In this document: positions 1-11,052 of the stretch, piece by piece
Layout of the letters: each line of letters opens with the position of its first letter
Numbering within the stretch: the stretch's first letter is position 1
From: Hamiltosporidium tvaerminnensis FI-OER-3-3
Lineage: Eukaryota; Fungi; Microsporidia
DNA length: 64,000 nucleotides
Direction: 5' to 3'
NCBI GenBank assembly: GCA_022605425.2
Contig: JAKIMF020000013.1
Coordinates: 310,001 to 374,000 of the forward strand
Position numbers and translations under genes: made by a program
The notes under the pieces: generated by a model
Databases searched by the model: none
Seen by the model: only the letters and a program-made list of their open reading frames with translations
Told to the model about the DNA's origin: nothing

Positions 1-603
1 TTTTCAAATTTTTTGGTTAAAGAAAATCTTTTTGATTTAGAAAGTGTAAAATTATATTTAAAATATGTACGAGGATTAGAAGTTGTAATGGAAGAAAATG
101 TTAAAGAAATTTTAGTAAAAAAATATGTAAAACTTAGAATGGACAGTTTAGTGCATTCAAACAATTATAGAATGACAGTTCGTGTTTTAGAAAGTTTAAT
201 ACGTTTAAGTGAAGCCTTGTCCAAGTTACATGGAGATGTGAGTGTAAAAGAATGTTATGTAGAAGAAGCTTATAGATTGGTAATGAGTTCTGTTGTAGAA
301 GTTAAAGGAGAAGATTTAATTGTAGAAAAAGAAGATGGAAATGTTTTTAGAGTTAAAGATAGTGATTATATGAGAGTTGTTAGTGTTTTGGTTGGTATTT
401 TAAAAATGAGAGAAGGTTGTAAGAAAGAAGAGTTGGTTGAGTTGTATTTAGAAGAAATTGAAAATTGTATTGGTGATGAGGGTGGGTTTTATAGGGAGAA
501 GAGTGTTGTTGAGGAGGTTATATGTTATTTGGTAGAGAAAGAAGGGGTTTTGTATGAGGAAGGGGGTATTATTTTTATACATCCTAATTATGATGTGTGG
601 TAA
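1..603 (+). CDS. MCM6: DNA replication licensing factor MCM6, C-terminal part (5' end lies outside the window)
   Basis: YRMTVRVLESLIRLSEA matches the MCM sensor-2 region (MCM6-type RITVRQLESMIRLSEA). It is followed by EAYRLVMSSVV and a terminal HPNY typical of the MCM6 winged-helix end. The frame is open from the window start. Confidence 0.85.
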   Translation, partial: FSNFLVKENLFDLESVKLYLKYVRGLEVVMEENVKEILVKKYVKLRMDSLVHSNNYRMTVRVLESLIRLSEALSKLHGDVSVKECYVEEAYRLVMSSVVEVKGEDLIVEKEDGNVFRVKDSDYMRVVSVLVGILKMREGCKKEELVELYLEEIENCIGDEGGFYREKSVVEEVICYLVEKEGVLYEEGGIIFIHPNYDVW

Positions 604-967
604 GTAAAATAAGGGGTATAGTTTTTATCAGGAAGGGGGTGTTTTTAATGTAAATTTTATTATGATGTGTGGTAAGTAAAATAAGGGGTATAGTTTTTAT
701 CAGGAAGGGGGTGTTTTTAAAGTAAATTTTATTATGATGTGTGGTAAGTAAAATAAGGGGTATTAGTATTGCTTAGTGAAGTGGTAAGAAGTGTTTTTAA
801 AGTAAATTTTATTATGATGTGTGGTAAGTAAAATAAGGGGTATTAGTATTGCTTAGTGAAGTGGTAAGAAGTGTTTTTAAAGTAAATTTTATTATGATGT
901 GTGGTAAGTAAAATAAGAGGTATTAGTATTGCTTAGTGAAGTGGTAAGAAGTGTTTTTAAAGTAAAT
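588..967 (+). repeat. Tandem repeat, 5 units of 72-80 bp, containing the last MCM6 codons and stop
   Basis: TGATGTGTGGTAAGTAAAATAAG recurs at ~591, 663, 735, 815 and 895. Confidence 0.95.
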
Positions 968-1045
968 TAAAATCAGTTTATTTTTTTAAAATTTTTTTTT
1001 AAAAAGTATTAAAAAATCTGATTTCCATTTATAAGGAAAGTAGAA

Positions 1046-1218
1046 ATTATGTTTAAATATATTTTTAAGAATAATAAAAATATTGGTTGTTTTATTTTGA
1101 TATATAAATAAGAATAATAGAAAGTTTGAGATTATGTTTAAATATATTTTTAAGAATAATAAAAATATTGGTTGTTTTATTTTGATATATAAATAAGAAT
1201 AATAGAAAGTTTGAGATT
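1046..1218. repeat. ~85-bp direct tandem duplication
   Basis: ATTATGTTTAAATATATTTTTAAGAATAAT...GAAAGTTTGAG occurs twice back to back. Confidence 0.9.
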
Positions 1219-1362
1219 AGAGTTATATTTATAAGAAATGAAGCAATTGTTATATTACTTGAAATATAAGCTGCTGTATTTATTGGTTTTTTATTTTAAA
1301 AATTTTAGTGAATTTTGATTACTAGGTATAGTATATATAGTCTGAAGAATAGGTAATATTTT

Positions 1363-1503
1363 TAATATTCAAACATTAAAACAATCAGACATAATATCTT
1401 TTTAATATTAAATTTTTTTAATGTTTGAATATTAGAAAGTATTGATTATAACGATTTTTTTATTTCAAACGTTTGAAAAAATTTAATATTAAAAAGATAT
1501 TAT
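1363..1503. repeat. Two interlocked perfect inverted repeats (19 bp and 28 bp)
   Basis: 1363-1381 is the reverse complement of 1416-1434, and 1391-1418 is the reverse complement of 1476-1503. There is also a palindrome TTTCAAACGTTTGAAA at 1463-1478. Confidence 0.85.
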
Positions 1504-2103
1504 TATGTATTTGGAAGTATTTTATAATATTTACTTACATATTCATTTTTAACTTATTTATGTCTTTGGTTTATACTTACACCTTTTTTTTGAATTTTAA
1601 AGGATTAATAATTCGTTAATTTCCTATATTTGCGGTTTATACATGGATTTATATTCTTAAATTTTTAATTGGATTCATAATTTTGGTATTCGTGTATTAA
1701 ATACCTTATACTTGTAATTATCTTAAGGTTAAAATGCCTGTTGAATCTTCTGATTTCTTCTGTAATATTCTTAATGTTTTAATTTAGAAACAAACATCAG
1801 TTACTTTTGACTCATTTGTTTTTTTTTAAAAAAAAACATAAATATTTGTCATTTTGAATGATATAAACCGAATTATTTTAATTCTATTACGAGCCGTATG
1901 AGGTAGATTGAAAAATATTTGGCGGTAATATAATATAAGCTTATCAAGATTGAGTTATTTTGCTGATTTTAATAATTAAGACACAGCTAACCAATCAAAA
2001 ATTTTAATTCCTTTTTTTTCAGCTTGTAAAATGAAAAGGAATGTTTGATATTTATTTGGCTTTTATATTTGTTTTTTTTTCATATATTTCCTAATTAGGA
2101 ATA

Positions 2104-2563
2104 TTAAAAAATTAAAACAAAGATTTATATAATTTTTATATCATAATTTTCAAGAATTTTTTAGAGAGTAGAATGGAATTTATAAAAATTAAAACAAAGA
2201 TTTTACAAATTTTTATATCATAATTTTCAAGAATTTTTTGGAGAGTAGAATGGAATTTATAAAAATTAAACAAAGATTTTAATAATTTTTATATCATAAT
2301 TTTCAAGAATTTTTTGGAGAGTAGAATGGAATTTATAAAAATTAAACAAAGATTTTAATAATTTTTATATCATAATTTTCAAGAATTTTTTGGAGAGTAG
2401 AATGGAATTTATAAAAATTAAACAAAGATTTTAATAATTTTTATATCATAATTTTCAAGAATTTTTTGGAGAGTAGAATGGAATTTATAAAAATTAAACA
2501 AAGATTTTAATAATTTTTATATCATAATTTTCAAGAATTTTTTGGAGAGTAGAATGGAATTTG
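2104..2563. repeat. Minisatellite, ~6 units of ~76 bp
   Basis: GAGAGTAGAATGGAATTT recurs at ~2164, 2241, 2317, 2393, 2468 and 2545. Confidence 0.95.
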
Positions 2564-3183
2564 TAAATGGATTTTCATAAATCATCTTTTAAGAGGAGAA
2601 AATGCGGTGGTGGAAAAAATCAATCCGAGATTGTATTGGTAATTACAGTATGATTTCACATTAAATCGTTATGAGGTTTGGAAGCATTAGGGTGCCTAAC
2701 ATGGTATGTTTTAATTCATTGTGTATTTTTATTACAATAATAACAAAATATTACTTCTGATTCTCAGTTACTTGATATTCCTTATCAATCTTAACAGATT
2801 GCCAATATACATTATATCATTAAATTTGCAATGTATAACTGCAAGTATAACGTTTTATTTCATAGTTTTTAAATGAATTTGCTGTGAATCTTTTATGTTT
2901 CATATAAAAATTTTATATTTATTTTAATTCTATTTCCAAACACTTCCCTCTCCTTTCCACTCTCTTTATTTTGTTTTCCCTAACTCAATTTAGAATTCAC
3001 GCAGAATTTTTTTGCATGCTTATAAAGATGACGGTATTTTGGAAAAATGATGCATTTGTGCGTTTTTTGGAGGAAAAGAGTATTTTCGAAAATATTGCGG
3101 TTTATTAATTAGCAACATATAGAAATAATATTTAAAAAAAAACAGAAAAATATATAGAAATAAGATATTATCGTAAATACCGT

Positions 3184-6100
3184 ATGGGTAGAAAGAAAAA
3201 TTTTAGCAGCGAAATATCGAATAATACCAAAATAAAGGCTGCAAACGACGCTGATGAGGTGAAAAAGAGTGATAGTGAGATGCAAAAATGTAAGCTACAC
3301 CCACCGGCGATTCCCCTACCTTCCTCCTCCTACACAACAATAACACCTCCACCACCAAGCCAAACATGCAGTAAAATGCAAAATAGTGGGCTTGACACCT
3401 TACCTTCGCCTAATGCACCAGTTCCCTCTTCGGTTGAAGTCTCTGCATGCGAGCCATCGTACGACATGACAAGCCCCTGTACTCTAGCTATTCCGGAAGG
3501 TAACAGGCTAATGGCATTGCGGACGATATTCGATTCCGTAACAGCCGACCCGAAGGAATGGCCTCGAATTGTTTTTTTTGCAGTACAGACAAGGTTTGAA
3601 AGAATGCCAAGAAATGGCTGGACAGAGCTTCACATGTACTATAATGAGAAATTCGGCTGCACTGAAACTCTCGAAGTGTTAAAAAAATTGGCACAAAGTG
3701 AGATGGGAAAGGATGTAAAATCAGAAGAGAATGGAGAGCGACGTAGAATCGCCACTTGTCTCGCTGATACATGCACCTTGACCGACACCACGGAGTACAT
3801 AAACCTGAGAGATAAATTCTTGAGTAAAATCAAAGAAATCTCTGAGAACGAAATTGGAAAAGTGGTGGTCCGAACTAGAAAACATCCAAATGAATTGGTT
3901 GATAGTAAAGCTCTGGATCTCATTAATCGAGTAGTCGGTGAATATGCAGGAGCTCATGTACCTGAGTCAATTACGGAAGCCGCGTATATCATGCAAGCTG
4001 CGCAGGTATGCTATGACGAGGCAACACGTAAAGAGAAGCCTAGATCCGCTTGGAAGGAAAACATAGAAAGTAAAATTTCTAAGTTAGTACTTTCCAAAGA
4101 TCTCCTCGAGAAAGCTCGTAAGCAGGAAAAGCTTTCCACTTCGGAAACGAAGAGTCTTAAGAAAATCATGCGAGAGTTTAATTTAAACTTGAGCAGCGTA
4201 ACTGATCTTTCTGAGGCTTTAGTTAAGAAGAATGAGTCTTTGAATGTTTACGAGAAAAAAATTACGATGCATGAAAGTAGGAAGCAATTCCGAAAAGAGA
4301 ATCGTATGTTTGAGCTTTTCCGAGGTCGATTTTATCGTGGGCTATCTGAGCGTGTAGAATCCGAGCATGTGGTCAGTCGTGATGAAATTGTGAGTTTTTG
4401 GTCTACAATGTGGAACAAAAATGATATAGAAGTTACGTATGATGCGTATTTCATATCCTTCGTGTCAGATTTGCAACAGACCACGTTTCCTTCACTTGAT
4501 CAATTTGTAAATATCATTAATTGGCTCTCTAATTGGAAAGCTGCTGGAATTGATGGTATTTACAATTTTTTCATTAAGAAACTTACAACTCTTCACAAAT
4601 ATATTTATGATATTGTGAAAGTTATATGTTTAGAAGGAACACCTCAAGCTGATTGGTTTTACTGCGGGCTTACGTATTTGATACCGAAAGGAATTCCACG
4701 AAGAGGCTCTGACTACAGGCCAATCACTTGTATGTCCAACCTCTATAAGTTAACGACAAAGTGTGTAACGAAAGTCGTTCAACTTGAAGTGGAAAGGCGA
4801 GGGTTGCTTGCAGAGAACCAACTAGGGGCGGTAAGAGGTGTGCAGGGAGCGAAAGAGCAGGCTCTACTGAATATTGCCTTAAATAAAGAGTATGGAAATA
4901 ATCTTAAGGCAACATGGATTGATGTTAAAAAAGCTTATGATTCAATAGATCATGCTTATTTAACTCAATGCATTGAAAACCTTAATTTACCTGATTGGAT
5001 CCTGAAATTTATTAAGGTAATTATATCAAAATGGAAAATTGATATATCAGAAGGGCCTGAAAAAATCATGAGCAAGAAGATTGATAGAGGGATTCTACAA
5101 GGAGATAGTCTGTCACCTTTGTTATTTGTGTTGTGTATGGATCCATTAAGCCGAAAGCTTAATGAAAAATACACAAAAGTGACAGTACAAACAGATGCAG
5201 AATCCCATTCTACTAATCATCTCTTGTTTATTGATGATCTTAAGCTCCTTGCAAAAGACAGCTCCACATTGAGTGCTATGACAGGCGAGGCAAAGGAATT
5301 TTTAGAGGTGATTGGCTTAGAGATTAACAAAGAGAAGTCAGCCACAAATGATACGTGTTGTGAAGATACTGCTACTCTTCTAGAAGGTGTTAGTGTTTAC
5401 AAATATTTAGGAATAATAGAAGATAGCAGAGGAATCCCAACACGTAGCTCATTTGAAGAAGTACAGAGCAAACTTATATCAAGAGTTGAAAGACTTTGTC
5501 ACACTAGATTAAATGCAAAAAATTTATTTTCTGCAATCAATCAACATGCGATATCGTTAATCAACTACCACATAGGAGTACTTCGACTTGAACCGGCTGA
5601 CTTCTCTAAGTTAGATGATGCAGTGCGTGCGGTGTTGGTTAAAAATAAGATACATCTCCGCCCAGGATGTAAAGAGCGGTTGTATCTTCCTAGAACAGAA
5701 CTTGGAAGAGGCCTACATAGTGTTGAGTTGCGAAGCGAACATATGCTTCTGCAACTCTTGGATTGTCTGGAAAAAAGTAAAGAAATATCAACTAGACGAG
5801 CAGCAATCCTCAAGGTGGAGAATAATAATAAAACACATCTTGCACTAATAAAAGGCTTCTTAAAAGTAAAGTACAGGTTGGTAGAAGAAGTCACTAAGAA
5901 AAGTTTAGAAGAAGCTCAACTTGCAAAACTATATAACGAAATAGAAAAACGAAAACTCCATTCAAAGTTATATAATGCAAGGAAAAATGAGCTTGTGAGT
6001 GTTAGTGACTCTTCAAGATGGCTAAAGAGAGGAAATATTAGGCCACGAAATGAAGCTGTGTTCTGCTATATCCAGGATAGAAATGTATTCTGGGGAGCAG

Positions 6101-6474
6101 ATAGTGTGTGTCAACATTGCGGGAAGTCTGGTAAGACTGTGGATCATCTAGCAACTAGATGTGAAAAAATGCTAGGCCATGATTACACTAGACGGCATAA
6201 TGAAGTGGTTAGATGCCTACACCTTCTCCTTCTAAATAGATATAAGTTTAAGTCTTCAAAACGAATAAGGAGTCACTCGGTTCAAGAAATTCTTGATAAT
6301 GAGTATGCGGAGATAAGAGTGGACACCAGAATTAAAACTGTAATTAAAATTCGGAATGAAAGACCGGACATATTTATTTTAGATAAGAAGAAGAATGAGA
6401 TAACACTCATTGAAGTAGGAATCACTTCCCAAGATTCACTTCAAATAGTTGAAACTGAAAAACTTAGGAACTAG
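3184..6474 (+). CDS. Reverse transcriptase/RLE endonuclease ORF (1096 aa, premature stop inside the endonuclease)
   Basis: ORF track and the motifs listed for the element. The expected KLRKYDLLA reads KLRN*DLLA. Confidence 0.9.
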   Translation: MGRKKNFSSEISNNTKIKAANDADEVKKSDSEMQKCKLHPPAIPLPSSSYTTITPPPPSQTCSKMQNSGLDTLPSPNAPVPSSVEVSACEPSYDMTSPCTLAIPEGNRLMALRTIFDSVTADPKEWPRIVFFAVQTRFERMPRNGWTELHMYYNEKFGCTETLEVLKKLAQSEMGKDVKSEENGERRRIATCLADTCTLTDTTEYINLRDKFLSKIKEISENEIGKVVVRTRKHPNELVDSKALDLINRVVGEYAGAHVPESITEAAYIMQAAQVCYDEATRKEKPRSAWKENIESKISKLVLSKDLLEKARKQEKLSTSETKSLKKIMREFNLNLSSVTDLSEALVKKNESLNVYEKKITMHESRKQFRKENRMFELFRGRFYRGLSERVESEHVVSRDEIVSFWSTMWNKNDIEVTYDAYFISFVSDLQQTTFPSLDQFVNIINWLSNWKAAGIDGIYNFFIKKLTTLHKYIYDIVKVICLEGTPQADWFYCGLTYLIPKGIPRRGSDYRPITCMSNLYKLTTKCVTKVVQLEVERRGLLAENQLGAVRGVQGAKEQALLNIALNKEYGNNLKATWIDVKKAYDSIDHAYLTQCIENLNLPDWILKFIKVIISKWKIDISEGPEKIMSKKIDRGILQGDSLSPLLFVLCMDPLSRKLNEKYTKVTVQTDAESHSTNHLLFIDDLKLLAKDSSTLSAMTGEAKEFLEVIGLEINKEKSATNDTCCEDTATLLEGVSVYKYLGIIEDSRGIPTRSSFEEVQSKLISRVERLCHTRLNAKNLFSAINQHAISLINYHIGVLRLEPADFSKLDDAVRAVLVKNKIHLRPGCKERLYLPRTELGRGLHSVELRSEHMLLQLLDCLEKSKEISTRRAAILKVENNNKTHLALIKGFLKVKYRLVEEVTKKSLEEAQLAKLYNEIEKRKLHSKLYNARKNELVSVSDSSRWLKRGNIRPRNEAVFCYIQDRNVFWGADSVCQHCGKSGKTVDHLATRCEKMLGHDYTRRHNEVVRCLHLLLLNRYKFKSSKRIRSHSVQEILDNEYAEIRVDTRIKTVIKIRNERPDIFILDKKKNEITLIEVGITSQDSLQIVETEKLRN

Positions 6475-6943
6475 GATCTCTTGGCAAAGTACTGGGTCTT
6501 ATTTATAGGTGTAGTGTTGAGATAATCCCTTATGTGATGACCTGGAACGGTATTGTGACAAAATACCATAAATCTAAACTTAAAAGACTAGAAATACCCA
6601 TGAATGTAGAAGCATACATTCAGTCTATAGTACTTAAAAAGACAGTCGAAACTATTTCCTTTGATCGACGAAGAGACTTGAGTCAGGACTAAATGCCGAA
6701 GAGAGCTGGGAGAGAGCGTCAATGGGTGTTATTATGAGATCAGAGATGCATGAGGAACCAATACCCCCTTTAAAAGAAGCGAAAACAGAGGAAGATGGTG
6801 CCAAAAATTTTAAACCAAAATATAAAGCCCCGTTTATTTTACAAGGAGGAACCACTTTAGAGGAACCGACGAATAACATAAATGAAGAGTCGGATTTGGA
6901 AGAAGAGACAAAAGTGGTCAAAGAGGTAGAAGAAAACATGTAA
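3184..6943 (+). mobile_element. Non-LTR retrotransposon of the RLE type (R4/Dong/NeSL-like): RT, CCHC knuckle and restriction-like endonuclease; C-terminus disrupted
   Basis: RT motifs YRPIT, IDVKKAYDSI, QGDSLSP, LFIDD and YKYLG; CQHC..H..C knuckle; RHN; RPDI..IEV..K endonuclease motif. After the TAG at 6472 the protein continues via frameshifts (EIIPYVMTWNGIVTKYH...). GC content is higher than the flanks. Confidence 0.93.
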
Positions 6944-7643
6944 AAATGGTAAAAAATATTTTAACCCAGAATTTTATTAAATAAAAAATCGTAAATAACC
7001 GAAAACATTATAGAATATGATGTTAAAATAATAAAAATAAAATTTCTTTTTTTTTCTATTCCTTCAAACCCATTCTGTAATTATGATTTTTGCTTCTTTT
7101 TTCGAATGTTTTGTACTATTAACTTGGATAGTTATGCATAAAATCTATTAGATATATGTTTAATTTTTTGAAAATGAGTCAAAGAAATTGCTTCGAGTTG
7201 TAGGAGTTTTATCAAAAGCATTTTTATCAATTTTTTTGATTATTATAGCAAAATTTATTGATGGAAATCGGTGGTTTGTTTCCTTTTGAGAGCAAATTTT
7301 TGATTCCTACCATTTATTTACACAATCTATTACGGTAACTGGTGGTTTTCCACAGTATTTTTTGTTTATTAGGGCATTTTTTTATAATGGCAATGCAAAA
7401 AGTCTTTTCTCTCTTTAAATCATGGAGAGAAAGACTTTTATACATGAATTAATATCATTCTTAACAATATGTCCTCTGTTTTTCTTCTAAAAGAATTAGT
7501 CTTTGATATTACAAACGATTCTTTTTTCTTTCTAATGCGCTTTTCTATTATTTAGCACATTTATTTAGAGATGGTTTTAAGAAATAATGTTAAAGATGTT
7601 ATAAAATCCTATAATAATATATTTTTGCACTATAATATTTAAA

Positions 7644-8365
7644 TGTGGAGGAAGGATAACCACATAAAAAACTTTCTGCTTGGCAATGAGCGTGTGAAAC
7701 TGGTGTGAGGTTATTGTTTGGATTTTTGGTGGGATTAAAACCACACTCATCTTCGGTTGTTCCACGGGAGTTGTTATGAGAAGGAGAGGTCTAAGAAATA
7801 GCGAAACCTTTTCTACGAATTTTTTTGTAATTTTTTATATAACTAGATCAAAGGCAGCAGCCAAACATGTAGGTAATTTTCAGGTAAAAGCATGGAAAAT
7901 TAGCTTTGCTCGGTAGGGTTGGAAGACTTAGCTCTTGGGAGATATAAAAATAGAAACCATTTAGAGCTGGGAAAGCTAAGTAGCACGTTATACATGTTAG
8001 TATGACATTGCACTGTCTAGGTGGACCCCATGTAAATTTCTGAAATATATCTTAGCTAGAAGTTTATTGGGTTCAGAAAGTGTAGAGTAAGTTGGAATGC
8101 TGCATGGTCTTGGAGAAGCCCAGGGTAGGCTTCAGCTTTCGATAACACTCAATGCAACGGATATTAACGAACTTCAGGGAACTGCCTTGCCTATTAATTA
8201 GGTTCTACACACCTGATAGAGGAAAAGCTTTGGGACATAGGTATCTCCAGGGTACTGATGAAGTGCTGGGGTAGCAGTTATTTATGTTAAACCTAGAACT
8301 GCTTTAATGTCATGAAAACAAATCTAAAACTTGCTACTGTTTTAAAAAGATGTGATACTCTTTAA
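7644..8365 (+). repeat. Unclassified ~700-bp dispersed element, family A, copy 1
   Basis: Collinear and highly similar to 50929-51662, e.g. GTATGACATTGCACTGTCTAGGTGGACCCCAT and TTATTTATGTTAAACCTAGAACTGC. No ORF. Confidence 0.9.
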
Positions 8366-8930
8366 TAAATAGTCGTCTTCTATAATATTAATTATAAAAC
8401 GTTTTTATTTATTTATTTATATTTCCAAAAATAGATTAATTAAATTGGCAGTCTAAATATGAAATATCCGTGCTCTTTTAATTCAAAATAGTTTTCTTAA
8501 TAATCACTGAGTATCGAATAGTATAGTAAATAGAAAAACCAAGAGAAATACGAAAGTTAATCTTCAAATATACGAGAAAGCGAAATAAAAAAAAATATAT
8601 ATGTGTAACATCAAAAAAACTGAAAATTGATTAAAGAAAATTTTAAAATTGCAATGAACATTGTTCAACACTGATTTTATTCTTTTGAATTTTTTTTCTG
8701 ATTTCATAATAGTTTCACAGCTTAGAATGCCATAAAAAAATTCAAAAAAATAAATATTGAAACAGATACATAATTTTTTAATAACTCTTTAAACTGACTT
8801 GAAAAATTAATTTATTTAATTCAAATTGTACAACCGAAATTTTTTTGCAATTTCTTATGATAAAAAAAATTGTTATTTTGAGTAAATTATTTGTAAAGAA
8901 ATGTATTTATAAAGAATAATATCCCTCGTT

Positions 8931-10406
8931 ATGCAAATTTTTCTTAATTTGATTCCAATTTTTTTGATATGTTTTGAAATAAGCCATTGTGCAAGTATTG
9001 TTACTTCTGAATTTTCAAATGAAGCACAAATAAATGAATGTACTAGAGATGATAGATCTGCTGATGACGTCATTTTCGTCTGTGGAATATACAAATACGA
9101 ACACAAAGTCACGTCCGTTTCCCAAAAACTTACTGGTTCAAGGAGTAATATAAAAGATTTAACCTCTGAATCAAAAGCAAGAAAAAGAAAACAATCATCT
9201 GAAGAAGATACTCAAAGGAAAGATAAATTATCATTGGATGATGTTTATGCACGATTAGACGAACATTCCAGAGGTAATTTGGCAGTATACAAGTTGCATA
9301 TAAATAAAATCTTTGAAAATATGAAAGAGGATATGAATTTTAGCTATTTTACCTTTAGTTTCAAATGCTTGTTCGTAGAAGAAACCACACATTTCTTATT
9401 TGAAAAAACTATATATTTTTTAATTTCGAAAGAAGTAATTCTATTGAAAAATATTTGCAGGTTTTTTCAATCAAGAAATGATTCAATAGAGAAACTCCCG
9501 AATTCAAATTTATATTATAAGGAACAATTATCTGAACCAAAAAATGAAACATTATATACAGAATTGTTCGAGAGATTTGATGTTTTTATAAATATAGAAT
9601 TGAAAGAAATATTTTCCTCATCAACTGAACATGGTGAATTAAAAGCCCTAAAAAAAAACATTATTGCCTTTGAGACACAAACTTTTGTCAAAATTACTAA
9701 TCATTATCAGTTATTTTATGTGCCAAATCAAGATTTTTTATATTCAGATGATTTTATTGGACATTGGAAAAACTATATTTTAACCTTGTTAGAACAGAAA
9801 AACCATTATATTTATTTAATACTACCAGAGTTTATATCTTTCGAAATTAAATTGAAAGAAAAATTAGACTATGTTACGCTTAAACATGGAACATATTTTC
9901 TAGCAATTTTTAAGTTAAAGCTGCTTATAAATAATCCAATCATAAGTAAAATCCAGCAAAAATATAAAGAAAATCCGAACTACAAGAGCGTATCGAATTC
10001 TGCCAAAAATGAAGACCGTAAATGGTTTTTATATAAGAAAGGAATTTTAAGAAAGAAATTTATGAAAATTTTAAAAATATTTTCTATTTCAATAGAACAC
10101 AACATATTATATTCCATGTTATTTACATTCGAAAAAATGATTTATTTTAATGTCGTCAAAGATAAGTTTGCCTCCATTTATTTATATCGATATCATATGT
10201 TGAATATTTTAAATGATCTTTTATTTCTAATTGACAAAACATATATCAGCAATATAATCATTAAGATAGATACCTTAATTGACACCTTTACAAATCCTGA
10301 TATGAACGAGTATCCCCTAATTACCTTCAGAGAAATCATTGTTGACCTTGATCTTTTAATAAAGAAGCAATTCATAATCTTATACATCCGAATTTTAAAT
10401 TTTTAG
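8931..10406 (+). CDS. Hypothetical secreted protein (491 aa)
   Basis: Hydrophobic N-terminus MQIFLNLIPIFLICFEISHC-AS, CCC motif 5 nt before the ATG, and a basic ARKRK patch. No domain recognised. Confidence 0.75.
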   Translation: MQIFLNLIPIFLICFEISHCASIVTSEFSNEAQINECTRDDRSADDVIFVCGIYKYEHKVTSVSQKLTGSRSNIKDLTSESKARKRKQSSEEDTQRKDKLSLDDVYARLDEHSRGNLAVYKLHINKIFENMKEDMNFSYFTFSFKCLFVEETTHFLFEKTIYFLISKEVILLKNICRFFQSRNDSIEKLPNSNLYYKEQLSEPKNETLYTELFERFDVFINIELKEIFSSSTEHGELKALKKNIIAFETQTFVKITNHYQLFYVPNQDFLYSDDFIGHWKNYILTLLEQKNHYIYLILPEFISFEIKLKEKLDYVTLKHGTYFLAIFKLKLLINNPIISKIQQKYKENPNYKSVSNSAKNEDRKWFLYKKGILRKKFMKILKIFSISIEHNILYSMLFTFEKMIYFNVVKDKFASIYLYRYHMLNILNDLLFLIDKTYISNIIIKIDTLIDTFTNPDMNEYPLITFREIIVDLDLLIKKQFIILYIRILNF

Positions 10407-11052
10407 ATCAAAAAACATATTCCATGAAGAAAGTCAATCTGGTGAAAAAGAATTTATAAATTATATAATTCAAACTCTTGAAATTTTTTCAAAAAGCGAC
10501 GGAGATATTCTACGTTTACATTCTAAACATGCAAAAAAGGAATATTGTTATGATATCAACACTTTGCTACTTTTGGGATCTTGTTTGATTAAACGTATTT
10601 TCAGAAATCGATTTGGAATAGTGTGTTGTTTTAATTTGCATGATCATTTTCAGGATTTTTTTGATCGATAAAATTTTCAATATCTGATTTTTTTTGAAAC
10701 TCTATATTAATTAAAAATATTGGTTTGAATTTATCTAAGGCCATAATAATTAAGATCTTATGCTTTTCAATTCTATAATCAACTTTATATTCAGTTCGTA
10801 TCTACTATTTTTTATAAAAAAATATCTTTCTTAGTTTAATTTAATATGTTCAAACTCTAAAGTTTTAATACAAATTAGTATAAAAATAATATGGTGGTTC
10901 AACCCATAGTACTATTTATATTCCAAAATTTTTATTTCATTTATATTTTAAATTTAATATATTCTTGAAGCATAAAAAAATTTTAGCCAAAAAAGTGATG
11001 CACAAAACGAATAAAAATAAAAAATATGTTTCTATTACTTTTACAGACAATT

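Noticed and set aside
600-605. GTAAGT 5' splice site overlapping the MCM6 stop codon
   Set aside because: The protein already ends at the expected MCM6 C-terminus (HPNY), and no downstream coding exon is evident.
3488-5894. Short antisense or overlapping ORFs within the RT, actin, kinase and RTE regions, and the many 60-110 aa ORFs in AT-rich DNA
   Set aside because: They are shadow frames of real genes or low-complexity chance ORFs with no motifs.
8250-8345. CTGATGA...GAAA in family A, suggesting a hammerhead ribozyme (also 51542 and 3252)
   Set aside because: There is no proper stem II or stem I/III pairing, and the core is not conserved in the other copies (CTGATGG in the 30-kb copy).
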